Assembly (NCBI GenBank): GCA_964016885.1
Contig: OZ024740.1
Location: 249,178,001 to 249,242,000, forward strand
Source of the DNA: Eledone cirrhosa
Lineage: Eukaryota
Reading direction: 5' to 3'
Length of the DNA stretch: 64,000 bases
In this document: positions 1 to 14,164 of the stretch, one piece after another
Layout of the letters: each line of letters starts with the position of its first letter
How positions within the stretch are numbered: position 1 is the first letter of the stretch
Notes under the pieces: generated by a model
What the model was told of the DNA's origin: nothing
The model's input: only the letters and a program-made list of their open reading frames with translations
Databases searched by the model: none
Translations under genes and position numbers: made by a program

Positions 1-465
1 CTCTTACTCTGCGGTAACATTCCTTCCTTATCCTTTCCCTCATTGTCGAATGCTTGATTCCGTCTCCTTCACAAACACCTAGATATTTGTAAGTTTCCTC
101 TTGATCAAGTTCTCTTATCATATTCCCCCGATCAAGATTAATGTCTGAACCCTTCAGCAGCTTTCGTCTGGTGAACGAGGCTTTGGCGCATTTGTCTAGT
201 CCAAACTCCATTTTAATATCATCACTGAACTGCTTCACAGTGGATAATAGTCCTTGCAATTGCTCATCACCTTTTGGAAATAGTTACAGGTCATCCCTGT
301 AGAACAAGTGATTAATGGTTTTGTCATAGACTTTATATTCATGTTTTGTTTTATTGAGCATTTTACTTAATGGTATAAGTGCGATGCAGAATAAAAGTGG
401 TGATAAAGAGCCACAATTAATATTAAATTCTCCAGCTTCCAGTGATTTATTTTCACTATTCAAAA
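1..465 (-). mobile_element. R4/Dong-clade RLE retrotransposon fragment (RT region), runs off window edge
   Basis: Near-copy of 4674-5150 with substitutions and a small deletion; ends at an ATT-like junction (gattattattaat) with the Tx1 copy. Confidence 0.85.
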
Positions 466-477
466 GATTATTATTAA

Positions 478-3260
478 TAAAAATAGAGTAGAGGGAGAGC
501 TAGTCAGAAAGCTAAAAGAGGCGTTTAGGACAGGCATCGCAACCGACGTGCTTGCGGCGAGATTGGCACTCGACCAATTCTTCAACGCAAAACACGAAGG
601 CTGCGTTGTCAGAGCTAGAGCGCGTGCTCTGGGGACAAAAGCCGTCCTATGGGCTCGAGTGGCAGAGGCGCGACGTGGCAACAAAGCCACAATTCGGTCT
701 TTGTCTGACCAAAACGGGTGCGTGATGCTCGAACCCGAGCGGATGTGTGAAGCTTTTCAGCAGCACTTTGCTGAACTGTTCGGGAGCGACGGCGGCCTGG
801 ATCGGGGCATGGACTTCAGTGCATACCTCGACGGACTGTCTCGGCTCTCAACGACCGCAGCACAGTGTTTCGAAAAGCCAATAACAGCCGGTGACATACG
901 GGAAGCGATGGCTAACTGCACAAGGTGTAAATTGCCAGGTTTGGATGGTCTGCCCTACGAGCTTTATGCATTTATGCCAGACTTGTTCCGTGATCTCTTG
1001 GCAGACGTCTACTGCAACTGGCAGCAGAACGGGAGCATTCACAGTTTTGTGAGCCGGAGAGCAGTGGCGCTGCTGAGAAAAGACCCGAACAAGGGGGATG
1101 TTATCGATAATTTCAGGCCCATAACACTGCTAAACGCAGAGTTCAAGATTTTGGCCAAGGTGTTAGCAACGAGGTTGGCGCTTGTCGTCAAGGGTCTGGT
1201 GGGAGAGGCGTAGACATGCGCCATTCCGGACAGATCCATACACAACAACCCCCAACTCATGCGATACATCATAGAGAGGGTGTTTAAGGAACCTGGATAA
1301 ATCCAATGCATTCGATAGGGTCGACCATCGGTACCTGGCGGCGGTCCTCGAGGCAGCCGGTTTCGGGCCCGTTTTCAGGGGTTGGATCGCAGCAATGTAC
1401 AGCGACATCTGCTCAGTTGTAAGGATGAACGGTCACCTGTCGCACCCGTTCAGCATCATGCGCTCAGTCCGCCAGGGTTGTCCCCTCTCGTCCCTCTTGT
1501 ACGTATTGGCTCTCGAGCCGTTACTGCACAAACTGGGGGCGATGATGGACGTCCCACGCGAACTAGGGTGCGGGAAATCCGAGTCGGCTTACGCTGACGA
1601 CGTCACCGTGGTGGTGTCGAGCACCAGACACGTCCAGATGCTCGACACCCCTCTCAAGGAATACGAAGCGATGACAGGAGCAAAGATAAACCAGGAAAAG
1701 TCGGTGGGCTTGCAGCTCGGCACCTGGAGAGGCAAGTCCATGCCCACCGACAGCGTCGTGGGGCGTTGAACGGACGGACCGGTTAAATTGCTCGGGGTCT
1801 GATTCGGACCGGACCTCCAGATGGAGAAAAACTGGAACGAGGTGACGAGCAGGGTGGCCTCCCTCACCCAGAAATGGGCCGAGAGGAAGCTGTCCCTGAA
1901 AGGCAGGGCGGAGGTGGCGAATGCATACATCGCATCCGTCATCTGCTACCGCCTCACCGTCGTCCCTTGCTCCAGCCCAACTCTCACCAAAATGGAGAGC
2001 CTCCTCTTCCGCTTTTTGTGGAAGGGACGCGCTTCCATGGTCAGACGATCCATCTGCTGTCAACACCAGTTGCGTGGAGGACTGGGCATGCCATGGCTGA
2101 TGATGCGCAAACATGCGCTGAGGCTGCGACATCTCTGGTGCTTCCTTGATGGTGAACAGGTGTGGTCGCCGTTCGCCAGGAACGTTTTCCCACAGCTAGT
2201 CTCCTTGACGGAGCTGCAGTCCTGTGTCAGAAAAAGACCGAGGGATAGCGCTTGGAAACTGGAATGTCTCCAGGCGCTCACTGCCCTCTGCCAGCTGGGC
2301 ACCGGTATCGGTGGAACATCCACCTCGGCGTTCTATAGAGGACTAGTGGAGGGGAAGAGCGATGACATTCTCGGAGAGATCCTGGGCGTCGAAGAAGATC
2401 AGCTGTTTGCTCTCTTCCGGAGAACTTTCAGCCCGGGGCCTATGGATAACTTCCAAAAATCCCTGGCCTGGCAGTACTACCGGGGAGCGCTGCCGGTTCG
2501 AGATAAGCTCTACAGGCACGGAAGTGCCGTCAGCCGAGCCTGTCCGAGATGCGCGCAGAGCGAAGAAACCGTCGTGCACGCACTCGTTCAGTGCCCGAGC
2601 ATTGCTGACTTGTGGAGCTATGTCGAACAGTTGCTGTCGCGTATAGGACTGATCAGGTTGTCGACTGAGTCCATTGTGCAGATGGTCTCGCTGTCTTCCT
2701 TCGAGGAGGAAGGGCAGGCGGTTTTCATCTGCCTGGTGGCCATGGCGAAAGAGATTGTGTGGTGGACAAGGTTAAAAGGGTTAAAGACAGACACTTTCCT
2801 CTTCGGCGAATCCCTAATTAACTTTTTCAAGTTTCACTTGAAGAGGAAAATCAGGGTGGAGAGCCATGTGCTCCCTTCTAGCAAGTTTGTTGAAAGGTGG
2901 GTGAATGTAGCGAGAATGGTCCAAGTGAACGGGACCACTCTGAATATACGTCTGTAGTTTGAGAGATGGAAAAATTGATAGAGGGCGCTTGCCCTGGTGG
3001 TCAGGGTGGCCGTGGTCTTTTGTGTGGTTTTCGCCACAAGTAACCCTCGGAGGTTTCCCCCCTATTGGGGAATTTTTCATTGTTTCAATTTTCCTTTTTA
3101 TTGTCTTATATATATATGTTTCTATGTCTATTTTTTTCTTTTCTTATATAAATAATAAAAATATTTACACGCACAAAACCCACATCGTACCGTCCTGTAC
3201 CGCCCTGTGCTGTCTGTAATGTTTTTCTTGATGTCAGCCCTTGTGGCCAATAAAGAAATC
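478..3260 (+). mobile_element. 5'-truncated Tx1/L1-clade LINE (ORF2 RT plus C-terminal zinc finger, disrupted)
   Basis: ORFs 548-1213, 1395-1769 and 1821-2957 carry PGLDG, FRPITLLN, SVRQGCPLS, AYADD and CPRC..ETVVHALVQC. Homologous to 11650-14410. AATAAA at 3249-3254 is followed by (ATT)6. Confidence 0.92.
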
Positions 3261-3278
3261 ATTATTATTATTATTATT

Positions 3279-6200
3279 ACAGTTGCATTTATCTTGCTTT
3301 ATGTTCATACGAGTTATCACCAAGTCACAACCAGTGACCTCAAGAGACAACAAGGTCCGCCATGTTCAAGAAAGAACATACATACTCACACATGCATCTT
3401 TAGTGTTTAGACTTGTGATGTACTTATATTGACAGAATCTTCCTTAGTATATGGGCAGTTCCCATTAGTACTATCTTTTGTATTTCTCCTATACGCGGGT
3501 TTCCTGGGATTTGCGATAAGTAATCATTAGACCCCTTAGGTATCATTCCCAGAGCGCCTACAACCACTGGTATTGTTTTAGTTCTCAATTTCCACATTTT
3601 TCCAATTTCTATCTCCAGGTCTTTATACTTGCTCAATTTTTCAAATGTTTTTATAGATACATTCTTGTCTATTGGAACAGACATATCAATTAGCAGGCAT
3701 ACCCTTTTTTAAAGTCCTTCAATATTATATCAGGTCTATTTGCATCTATTTTTCGGTCTGTTTGGATGCTAAAGTTCCACAAGATTGAGATGTATCTTTT
3801 TCAAGTATGGGAGGTGGTTGATGCTCCCACCAATTCTTTTGATGGGGCAGGTCAAAATGCTTACACATTATCCAATGTATGTATTGTGCAGCTCTGTCAT
3901 GCCTGTTTAGGTATTCTGTTGGAGCTATAGGACTGCACATTGAAATTATATGGTCAATGGTCTCTGGTTGTTTTTTGCATACACGGCATAATGGGCTGCA
4001 TCCATTTTTTTATTATGTTGGCTTGGTAATTTTTTGTTGGCAGACACTAATCTTGTGCTGATATAATCAGTCCTTCAGTCTCCGATTTCAGTCCAGAGGA
4101 TGCCAACCACTGATGGGTTAAAGTTTTGTCAACATCAGGATTATTAGCTCGCTCTGGGTATTTTCCATACAGAGGCTTTTCTTGCCATTTCTTAGCCAGT
4201 TTCTGTAGCAGTTCTTTCTTTGCAGTTACTTTTACCTGCTTTGCTTTTTCTGTGTTTTCCATTTCAGCAGTAAATGGGACTTCTGAAATTTGTAGTCCAT
4301 TACTGTATCTTTGTGCATCTTTTGTAATGGAATATGATCTTTTGATGCTTTCGTGTTTTAAAACGAGTTTGATCATCCAATCATGTGATTCCCTTAGATA
4401 TGTAGATAATCCAATTGTTGCAGTTTTCAACGCAATGTCTAACTGGATTAACCCACGTCCTCCTTCTTTCCTAGGGAGATATATTCTATCTATATCTGTC
4501 TTAGGGTGATGCATTCTGTGCATGGTTAAGAATTTTCGAATTTTTGTATCGAGCCTACGGATCTCTGTGCTTGACCAGTTGATGGCATTGTAACTGTAGG
4601 TTACTACTGGTATGGCAAGCGTGTTTATGGCATCGATCCTATTCCTTGCATTCAATTCCGTTCTTAAGATTGCTCTTACTCTGCGGTAACATTCCTTCCT
4701 TATCCTTTCCCTCATTGTCGAGTGCTTGATTCCGTCTCCTTCACAAACACCTAGATATTTGTAAGTTTTTTCTTGATCAAGTTCTCTTATCACGTTCCCC
4801 CGATCAAGATTAATGTCTGAACTCTTCAGCAGCTTTCCTCTGGTGAACGTTGCTTTGGCGCATTTATCTAGTCCAAACTCCATTTTAATGTCATCATTGA
4901 ACTGCTCCACAGTGGATAATAGACCTTGCAATTGTTCATCATTTTTTGCAAATAGTTTCAGGTCATCCATGTAGAACAAGTGATTAATGGTTTTGTCATA
5001 GACTTTATATCCATGTTTTGTTTCATTGAGCATTTTACTTAATGGTATAAGCGCGATGCAGAATAAAAGCGGTGATAAAGAGTCACCCTGAAAAATTCCA
5101 CAATTAATATTAAATTCTCCAGCTTCCAGTGATTTTGTTTCACTATTCAAAAGGAGTGTCGTTTTCCATGTCTTCATACTGAATGACAAAAACCTCCTGA
5201 CAACGGGGGATATTTTGAAAATCTCTAAACATTTTTCAATCCAACTGTGTGGCAAACTATCGAATGCTTTTTTATAATCTATCCAAGCAATAGATAGATT
5301 TTTGTCTCTATTATGACAATCTTCCAGTATCATTTTGTTAACCAAAAGCTGATCCTAACAGCCATATGAGCCTCGTTTACACCCTTTCTGCTCAATGGGA
5401 AATAGGTCATTTGTTATCAGGTGGTCATATGTGTATTCAGTTAGGACTGATGTTAACATTTTATACATTGTGGTCAAGCAAGTTATCGGTCTGTAATTTT
5501 TGGGATTGTTTGTCTCATCATTCTTCGGAAGCAGGAATGTAATGCCGTTAACTAGCCATGATGGTATCTTTTCTGGCTCCTTAACTATTTCATTGTAAAG
5601 TTGGGCTAACAGCTCATGAGACTCTGTGAAGGCATTTATCCAAAAGTTTTGTATTTTGTCTTTTCCTGGGGATTTCCATTTGTTGGTTTTTCTTAGCAAC
5701 TTCAAGCGCAACTGTTCAACTGTTATATTTTCCCATATTTGTTCCTCAAGGTGAGCTGTATCTTTCATTTGTCTGTCTATCCATGGGGCATGTATGTTAT
5801 GAACTTTTTCTTCGGCCCAGATCTTTTCCCAGAATTCTTGCACTTCCTCCTTGGGTGGTATTGATTTAGCAGTTATTGTTGACTTACCAATTTTTCTGTA
5901 GAAGTTTCTTTGGTTGTTTTTGAACATATTATTGTCCTTATAGAATCTAGATCGTTTTTCAAAGCGAGCAGCTTTGGCCGAGCAGCTTTGGCCGACACTT
6001 TTTGCTTGATTATTTCTATCAGCATGTCTATATCACTTGTTGATTTTATACTGTACTTTCTTTTCAATTTTCTAAGTTTAGTTTGTTTAACATGTGCACC
6101 TACTTTATAGTTTGTTAAAATTTCTATGTCAGATCGGAGAAGGTTTATTTGGCGATTGATGTTCTCTTGCCAAGTAGATTTCTTGTGGGAATTCCTTTGA

Positions 6201-7240
6201 TTTTTCATCTTCACTCCATATAAGTGAGTGGTGACTTTAGCCGATGCATAATAGAGATGATTTAAATCAGTAATGTTTAGTTTGTTTGTGATGATAATGT
6301 TTTTGAGAATTATGTTAGTCTTGTGTATTATCTTTTGGTTCTGTTTGGAGTTCTAGATCTCAGGGAGGGTGTCTCGTTGCCCCATGTCAGATTCTTTCAT
6401 TTTCATCCATTCGATCATAATTTCATCCTTCAAGTTGGCAAGTTCATTCTCATTCATTTCTTTATCATTTACGATCTCATTATTTTCATTTGGAGTTTCA
6501 TCTTGAGCATGCACTCCCTCCACTTTTTCGATCCTTTCTTTAATTTGTTCTGTTGCCAGTGATTCCGCCCCAACCCTGGGATTCGAAGTGTTACAATTTA
6601 CCTCGTTTTCACTGACACATGTTTCATTTTCCCTTCGCTGACTTTGTGCTAATAGCTTGATCTGATCAATTTCTATATCAGTTAGTAACTTTTTTCTTAC
6701 AATATTTCTTCGTATATTGGCTAGTTTGTTACTGTCAATATAGCCTCTGTTTTCGGGATGTTTCTTTTTCCAGTTGATATATGTCTGTTCTGTATTCGAT
6801 GTATTTGATGGGTAGTACATGGCAGTGTAGAAAGCCTCAAGGACTTCTTTATTATCTTCCCTTGACCATTTTTCTCTCTTTTTCTTTGGATTTCTTGGTG
6901 GTGAGCATGGAGGGCCAACAGTAGGAGTATTCCGGTTATGGGAGGTCTCCAGCTCCGAAGTGATGGGAAGGTTTGAACCATTAGCTGATTTTTCGACCCC
7001 AGTCTGGTTCCTCTCTGAGGGACGCGGCCCTTTTTTACCCGGGTGACGGCCGATCCGGTATGAGATTTTATCATTAGACATTTACTTTATTTTGTCGCGT
7101 TTTATCCTTATCCGCCAAGGGGTAATCATTTCGTGTTACCACTTCTAGAACGAGTGTCAACCAAGACTAGAGGGGTCGTTCTCCCCTAGAGACACGGCTA
7201 TTCCCCGCCGGCTGCCATCCCGGTATTTCTTGGTCCCGGG
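3279..7240 (-). mobile_element. Near full-length R4/Dong-clade non-LTR retrotransposon
   Basis: Single frameshifted ORF: N-terminal REKWSREDNKEVLEAFY, RT (NYRPITCL, WIDYKKAFDS, GIFQGDSLSP, YMDD), CCHC finger (CRVC..ETIDHIISMC) and restriction-like endonuclease (RPDII..LIDMSVP..KLSKYKDL). 3' tail is (TAA)n on the minus strand. Confidence 0.9.
3424..7081 (-). pseudogene. Dong/R4 RT-RLE polyprotein with several stops and frameshifts
   Basis: Collinear ORF pieces 6353-7081, 5873-6214, 5355-5927, 4047-5345, 3746-3940 and 3424-3684. Confidence 0.85.
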
Positions 7241-7249
7241 GTTTTCTTT

Positions 7250-8230
7250 TTGTTGTTTTTTTTAAATTGTTATTATCATGAGTGGTTCCTTAATGTGAGC
7301 ATTGCGTGGCTTAAGAATGAAATTATTAATAATTGTCTCCACCCAGTGTATTACAATAATATAATATACTTTTTGCTGAAGTTGCCTGTTATTGTTGTTA
7401 GCTATGTCGGTGGTGGTGCTGGGGCTTTTTATATTGTTGGTGAGGAAGGGGGGAGCCAGCAGTGCCATAGTTGTTGATGATTGTTGACGTTTGGCCGGTG
7501 GCCAGGTCACTAAGTCAATCTATTTATATCTTTTGCTAGCCTCTCCCTTGTCTAGTGATACCGCCCCGCCACCTTCCCCTTTCTTAAGTTAACAGGGGAA
7601 TAGTGGTGGTAGCAATGAAGGAGTGGTGGCGGCGGTGTTGGGATAGTGGTAGCAATGATGGATGGAGTGGTGGCGGCGGTGGCGTTGTCGTTACTGAGTT
7701 TTGTGATATGTAGTATCTATGAGTTTGTGTCGCGTATGTTTAATATATATTGTGTTGACATATTCCCGTAAAATTGGAATTAAACATTTTGTTAAAACTT
7801 GAGACAATAATAATAGTAATTATTATTATGATGCTGGGATTGGTGGTGGTGGTGGTGGTGGTGGTGAAATTGCCGTTATCTGGCTGTTATATTTAGTGTG
7901 ATGGGATGGGGTAGGTGGTGTATCAAGTTTCTGGTGTTGGTGAAATTGCTGTTATTTGGCTGTTCTATATAGTGTAGACAGAGGGTGTTTTCTTCCATTT
8001 ATAACCATTTTCTTTTTTGAATACAAAATATATAATACAAAATTGAATATTTGAGCGATATAACAATATAATATGGATCCGAAATTTTATGGGACTTGAT
8101 TCGGTGGTTTATGCATCATTTGTACTAAGAATTGTTATTTCACAATTGATTTAAATATGTTAAAAATCAAAAACTTACGGGAGCGATTTCATGACCTTCT
8201 ACCACCACGTGCGTCTTCTTCCCTTATTCT
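7250..8230 (-). mobile_element. Probable 5' UTR and low-complexity leader of a second Tx1/L1-like element (or long Dong 5' UTR)
   Basis: Minus strand starts gaagacgcacgtgg...gctcccgtaagttt, resembling gagctccgcaaaggttt at the Tx1 5' end (about 8550). ACC-rich runs resemble 8925-9110. Confidence 0.35.
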
Positions 8231-8249
8231 TTATTATTATTATTATTAT

Positions 8250-8529
8250 TTGCATTTATCTTGCTTTATGTTCATACGAGTTATCACCAAGTCACAACCA
8301 GTGACCTCAAGAGACAACAAGGTCCGCCATGTTCAAGAAAGAACATACATATTCACACATGCATCCTTAGTGTTTAGACTTGTGATGTACTTATATTGAC
8401 AGGATCTTCCTTAGTATATGGGCAGTTCCCATTAGTACTATCTTTTGTATTTCTCCTATACGCGGGTTTCCTGGGATTTGCGATAAGTAGTCGTTAGACC
8501 CCTTAGGTATCATTCCCAGTATCATTCCC
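8250..8529 (-). mobile_element. Short 5'-truncated Dong copy (3' UTR and ORF end)
   Basis: Near-identical to 3283-3550; abuts (TTA)n at 8231-8250; short duplication gtatcattccc at its 5' junction. Confidence 0.9.
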
Positions 8530-8736
8530 GTAGTAAATCGTATTATCGTGAGCTCCGCAAAGGTTTGTTATTTTCAGTTGTTTAAAATTGCCATTTATGG
8601 AAAATTATTATTGTTAACTGTATATAAGTGCACATACATTGATTTATGAAAAGGACACTCAAAAAGATTGGGGCCTTGAGCCCAAAATTTAAACTTTTTA
8701 TAATTATCAAACAAAAAAAAATTTCTTTGAAAAATC

Positions 8737-10636
8737 ATGGCCGACTCACAGCTGAACCCAGTAACTGAGAGCCTTCCTCACAAACTAACATCTCACACCG
8801 ACACCACCATTGTAAATATTACTACGTTTGCCAACACTAAAAATATAAGCAGTAGCAATATTTTAAATTTGTCTCATGCAGACATTCATTTCCCGCCATT
8901 ACCAATGACTGCAGGTGTTAAAGCCGCCACCACCACCACCACCACCACCGCGACAACCACCACCCCACCACCACCGCGACAACCACCACCCCACCACCAC
9001 CGCGACAACAGAAACAAAACAAAAAATAAATTAACTCGTGATATCGAAATGAATTCAACCAAAATGAACGCTTCCACACTGAACACCACTGACGCCACCA
9101 CCACCACCACAACTGAAACTAAAATTAATAATAACAAAAATAACGATAACAACAACAGCAACAATGAAATTAAGAAAAGCACCCTGAGTTTTGCCAGAGT
9201 AGCAAAAAAGTGCGAAGCATTCCAGGTAACTCAGGAGGAATTAGAAGAAGCCAAAAAAATGGTAAAGAAAGATGGGTACAGAGTTGGCCCCCCCCATACA
9301 CACACCTAATAAAATGGAGCATCGGCGCCTATGCACCGTGTCGATTAACATAAAATCGCGCCGAGTGGAACGGGCATCCGAGTCCCAAATCCAAAAAGCT
9401 TTGGGACATGTGTGGGCAAAAAAACCCCACATCAGACGTGGGCAGAAATATGGAACCGTGGACGTGTTCTTTGAAACACCACAGGAAGCCAGAGAACACT
9501 CCATGGCCCCATTAAGAAGTGACGACTTCACACTCGTCCCAAGCTATTGTGGCCAGAGAGTCGTGAAGTTCAGGGTGACCCACGTTCCACCGGCCATCGA
9601 AATTCCCTGGCTAATAGCTTCCGTCCTCGCCAGCATCGAAGCCAACAACAAGATAATCGAAATAGCGAAAGAAAAGCAGCAGAACTGGTCCGGATCTGGG
9701 ATGGAGCTCCTGATCCAAGCGGACCAAAAAAGCATTGAGGAGATCCCAGAGGTAATAGACCTCACTGACGGCAGCCACCTCACCGTAATCGTCGAGGGCA
9801 GAAGGCCTAGGTGTGTCGTTTGTGGTGAAGGAACCCACCTAAGGGCTTTCTGCCCTCAGGCTAAAAGGTTGAGGCCACCTCTCTTACCCACCCCAGTGAC
9901 TCAACCATCAACACCACCAGCAGCAGAAATGGCAGCAACAACAGAAGCAACTGTAACAGCAACAACCCCAGCAACAGTAGCAAAACCAACACCACCACCA
10001 CCCAACGCGCCAGAACTAGCACCAGCGCCTACACCTTTCACCACGCCACAACCAAAACCAACGCCTGTGGAGGATTTTCCACTCCCCGACCTATCACAAC
10101 TGGAGACAGATTGTGACGACGAGGAGTGGGAAACGGTATCAGAAAAAAAGAAAAAAAGAAAAAGAAACCAAAAAAGAAAAAATCCCCCTCCTCCCCCCTT
10201 CAAAAACAAAATACAGAGGGAAACAAATAAACTATCAAACAAAAAAGTTAGGACAGCTATGCCACCATCCACACCAGCATCACCAACCCCATCACCACAA
10301 ACACCAACACCATCACCATCATTAACCCCAACACCACCATTACTAACACCACAAAACTCACCAAAAAGCGAAACAGAAATAAACCCACAACAAACGCAAA
10401 CAAAACAAAACAACCAAAACGATACACACTACACATCAATACAACAACCAATTATTACACTACATCCAACACAACACCAGCATCACAGAAAAAGACTACA
10501 CAACAACCCAAAAGTTCACACCTCCTCCACACATACAAATCACTCGCATCACACAGAAAACGTACACGACACTAAAACAAAAATTCCCCAAAGACATCGG
10601 AGACTTCCGACAAGCACTCTCCAGGAGGATTTATAA
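8737..10636 (+). pseudogene. Tx1 ORF1 (gag-like, CCHC knuckle, Pro/Thr-rich), apparent frameshift at the C-run near 9287-9295
   Basis: ORFs 8737-9309 and 9272-10636 overlap at a poly-C run; knuckle CVVCGEGTHLRAFC; basic KKKKRKR stretch. Confidence 0.75.
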
Positions 10637-10746
10637 AGACATCCTTCCGGAGGAGGCCAGAAGCAGTGAAAAGGATGGAGAAACCATCCTTCCCCTACGA
10701 GAAGTAAGGTAAGTGGTCTTTCCCATCTTTTCCACTCCATTTCAAC

Positions 10747-13700
10747 ATGACCTCACTCAGAATAGGCAGCATAAATGCGCGTGGTTTGGGGTCGTTATGG
10801 AAGCAGGGCCACCTGCTCAACGACCTCAGGTCACTAAACATAGATGTAGTGGCCATCAGCGAGACCAGAATATCCGAAGCACGGGCCTTCGCACCGATCT
10901 TCGGCGGCTACGATGTGTACGCATCTCCCAGCCGTCCGGGATCGGGGGGAGGAGTTGCTGTGCTTTTTCGGAGAGGTTTGGATCTTGCCATACGGGCCAT
11001 CTTCCTGGACCCAGAAGGTAAGTTGGTGGTGCTGGACGTGACCAGCGGAGACGGGCAAGCTTTCAGGTTAGTGGCCGTCTATGCCCCGACAGGAGCAGGG
11101 CGGCCTGATTTCTTCCGGCGTCTGGAGACCTTTCTTGGAACATCCGCTCTTTAGTGTTAGTGGGCGACTGGAACGGGATCTTAGATGCACGCTGGGATTG
11201 TGTGGGATTAGTGGATAGGGAAGGAGGGTACAAGAGTCTCACCAACCTGCTCAGACGTTTTGAACTGTCTGACAGGTACCGAATGGATTTCCCGAATGTA
11301 CCAATGTGGACTTGGACAAATCGCATAGGGTCATCCAGATCATATCTAGATAGAGTATTTTGTAGGGAAATAGATAGGTCTAGCATAGGCTGTCCACAAT
11401 TCAAGATAGTCAGCTACACGGACCACAAATTCGTGATCTGTGTGCTTGACTTAGATAGGCTTCATGGACGAGGACCCGGCTACTGGAAGCTAAACGCGTT
11501 CTTACCAGCGCGCAAGGCCTACGGATCCGAATTAGCGAACTAGTTAAGCGGTCGTTGACGGGGGCCATCGTCAACAACAAGTGGTGGTTTGCTCTGAAAA
11601 GAGCAATTAGAATAGAGTCCATTAGGTTTAGTAAGACTTTAGCAATAGAGAAAAATAGAGCAGAGGGAGAATTAGTTAGAAAATTAGATGAGGCGCTTAG
11701 CAAAGGCATCGCGATCGACGTACTTGCGGCGAAATTGGCCCTTGACCAATTCTTCAATGCAAAGCACGAAGGCTGCGTTGTCAGAGCTAGGGTGCGTGCT
11801 CTCAGACACGAGGGGACGAAAGCCGTTCAATGGGCCCGAGTGGCGGAGGCGCGTCGTGGCAACAAAGCCACGATCCGGTCTTTGGTGGACCACGACGGGC
11901 GCATGCTACTCGATCCCGGGCAAATGTGTGAAGCTTTTCAGCGACACTTCGTTCAACTGTTCGGGGGCAGTGGCGGGCCGGATCGAGGGATGGACTTTAG
12001 TGTCTACCTCGACGGACTGCCGCGGCTTTCGGCCACTGAGGCGGAGTGTTGCGAAAAGCCGATAACAACCGCTGAAGTACGGGAGGCAATGACTGGCTGC
12101 ACAAGGGGTAAATCGCCTGGTTTGGATGGTCTGCCCTATGAACTTTACGTACAGATGCCAGACTTGTTCGGAGGCCTCTTGGCGGTCGTCTACTGCAACT
12201 GGCAACAGAACGGGAGAATTCCCAGTTCTGTGAGCCGAGGAGCGGTGGCACTGCTGAGAAAGGATACGAACAATGGGGATAACATAGATAATTTCCGGCC
12301 CATAACTCTGCTAAACACAGGGTTCAAGATTTTGGCCAACGTGCTAGCAAAGAGGTTGGCGCTTGTCGTTGGTGGTCTGGTGGGAGAGGTGCAGACATGT
12401 GCCATTCCCGACAGATCCATCCACGACAACCTCCACCTCATGCGATACATCGTAGAGAGGGTAGCTAGGGAACCTGGCACGGGTGGGTCCTTGATCAATT
12501 TAGATCAGTCGAAAGCTTTCGATAGGGTCGACCATCGTTACCTAGCGGCAGTCCTGAGGGCGGCTGGCTTTGGGCCCGTCTTCAGAGGCTGGATCGCTGC
12601 CATGCACAGCGACATCTGCTCTGACGTGAGAGTGAACGGTCACCTTTCGGAACCGTTCAACATCATGCGCTCAGTCCGCCAAGGATGTCCCCTCTCGTCC
12701 CTATTGTACGTATTGACTCTCGAGCCATTACTGCACAAACTGGAGACGTTGAGGGGGGTCCCGCGCGAACTAGGATGCGGAAGATCCGTGTCAGCATATG
12801 CCGACGATGTCACCGTAGTGGTGTCGAACGCCAAACACATCGAGGCGATCGGCACTACACTAAGAGAATACGAAGCGGTGACAGGAGCAATGATCAACCA
12901 GGAAAAGTCAGTGGGCCTGCAGCTCGGCACCTGGAGAGGCAGGTCCATGCCGTCCAACAGCGTCGTCGGGCGCTGGACGGACGGACCGGTTAAATTGCTA
13001 GGGGTCTGGTTCCGTCCAGACCTCCAGACGGACAAAAACTGGGACGAGGTAACGAGCAGGGTGGCTTCTCTCACCCAGAAATGGGCCGAGAGGAAGCTAA
13101 CCCTGAAAGGTCGAGCGGAGGTGGAGAATGCGTACATCGCATCCGTCATCTACTACCGCCTGACCGTCGTACCTTGTCCTAAGCCCCGCCTGACTGCGCT
13201 GGAGCGTTTGCTCTTTCGCTTCTTGTGGAAGGGACGCGCTCCGATGGTCAGGTGGTCCATATGCTGTCAACACCCGCTACGTGGAGGGCTGGGCATGCCG
13301 TGGTTGATGATGCGCAGACACGCGCTCAGGCTACCACATCTCCACCTCTTCCTCGACGGTGATCAGGTGTGGTCGCCGTTTGCTAGACACGTTTTTCCCC
13401 AGCTCGTCTCCTTGACGGAGCTGCAGTCCTGGGTCAAGCGAAGACCGAGAGGGAGCGCTTGGAGACTGGAATGTCTTCAGGCGCTCACAGCCCTCGACCA
13501 ATCGGGCAATGTGATCGGTGGAAACTCCACCTTGGCGTTCTATAGGGGATTAGTGGAGGGGAAGAGCGACGACGTACTTGGAGAAACTCTAGGCGTCGAC
13601 GAAAATCAACTAGCCAATCTCTTCGGAAGGACTTTCGGGCCGGGGCCTATGGACAACTTCCAGAAATCCCTGGCCTGGCAGTGCTATCGGGGAGCTTTGC

Positions 13701-14164
13701 CAGTTCGGGATAAACTCTACAGGCATGGAGGTGCCGTCAGCCGGGCATGTCCGAGATGCGCGCAGGGCGACGAAACCGTCCTGCACGCACTCGTCCAGTG
13801 TCCGAGCATTGCTGACTTGTGGGTTTATGTCGAACACCTGCTGTCACGTGTAGGACGGATCCAGCTATCAGCTGAGTCCATCGTGAGGATTGCCCCGCCC
13901 TCTTCCTTTAGCCGGGAAGGGCAGGCAGTTTTTATCTGTCTGGTGGCCATGGCGAAAGAGATAGTATGGTGGACACGTTTGAAAGGGCTGAAGACGAGCA
14001 CTTACCCCTTCGGTGATGCCCTGATTAACTTTTTCAAATTTCATTTGAAAAGGAAAATCAGGGTAGAGAAGGAAATGCTCTCTTCCCAGCATTTTGTTGA
14101 AAGATGGGTGAGAGAAGCAAGTATGGCCCGAATGACTGGGCCTTCTCTGAGTATGTGTCTGTAA
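10747..14164 (+). pseudogene. Tx1 ORF2 (APE endonuclease, RT, zinc finger) with two frameshifts
   Basis: SINARGL, ISET, VYAP, GDWN, SYLDRVF, YTDHK and GPGYWKLN in 10747-11543; 869-aa ORF 11555-14164 with DQSKAFD, QGCPLS, YADD and CPRC..H..C. Confidence 0.9.
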
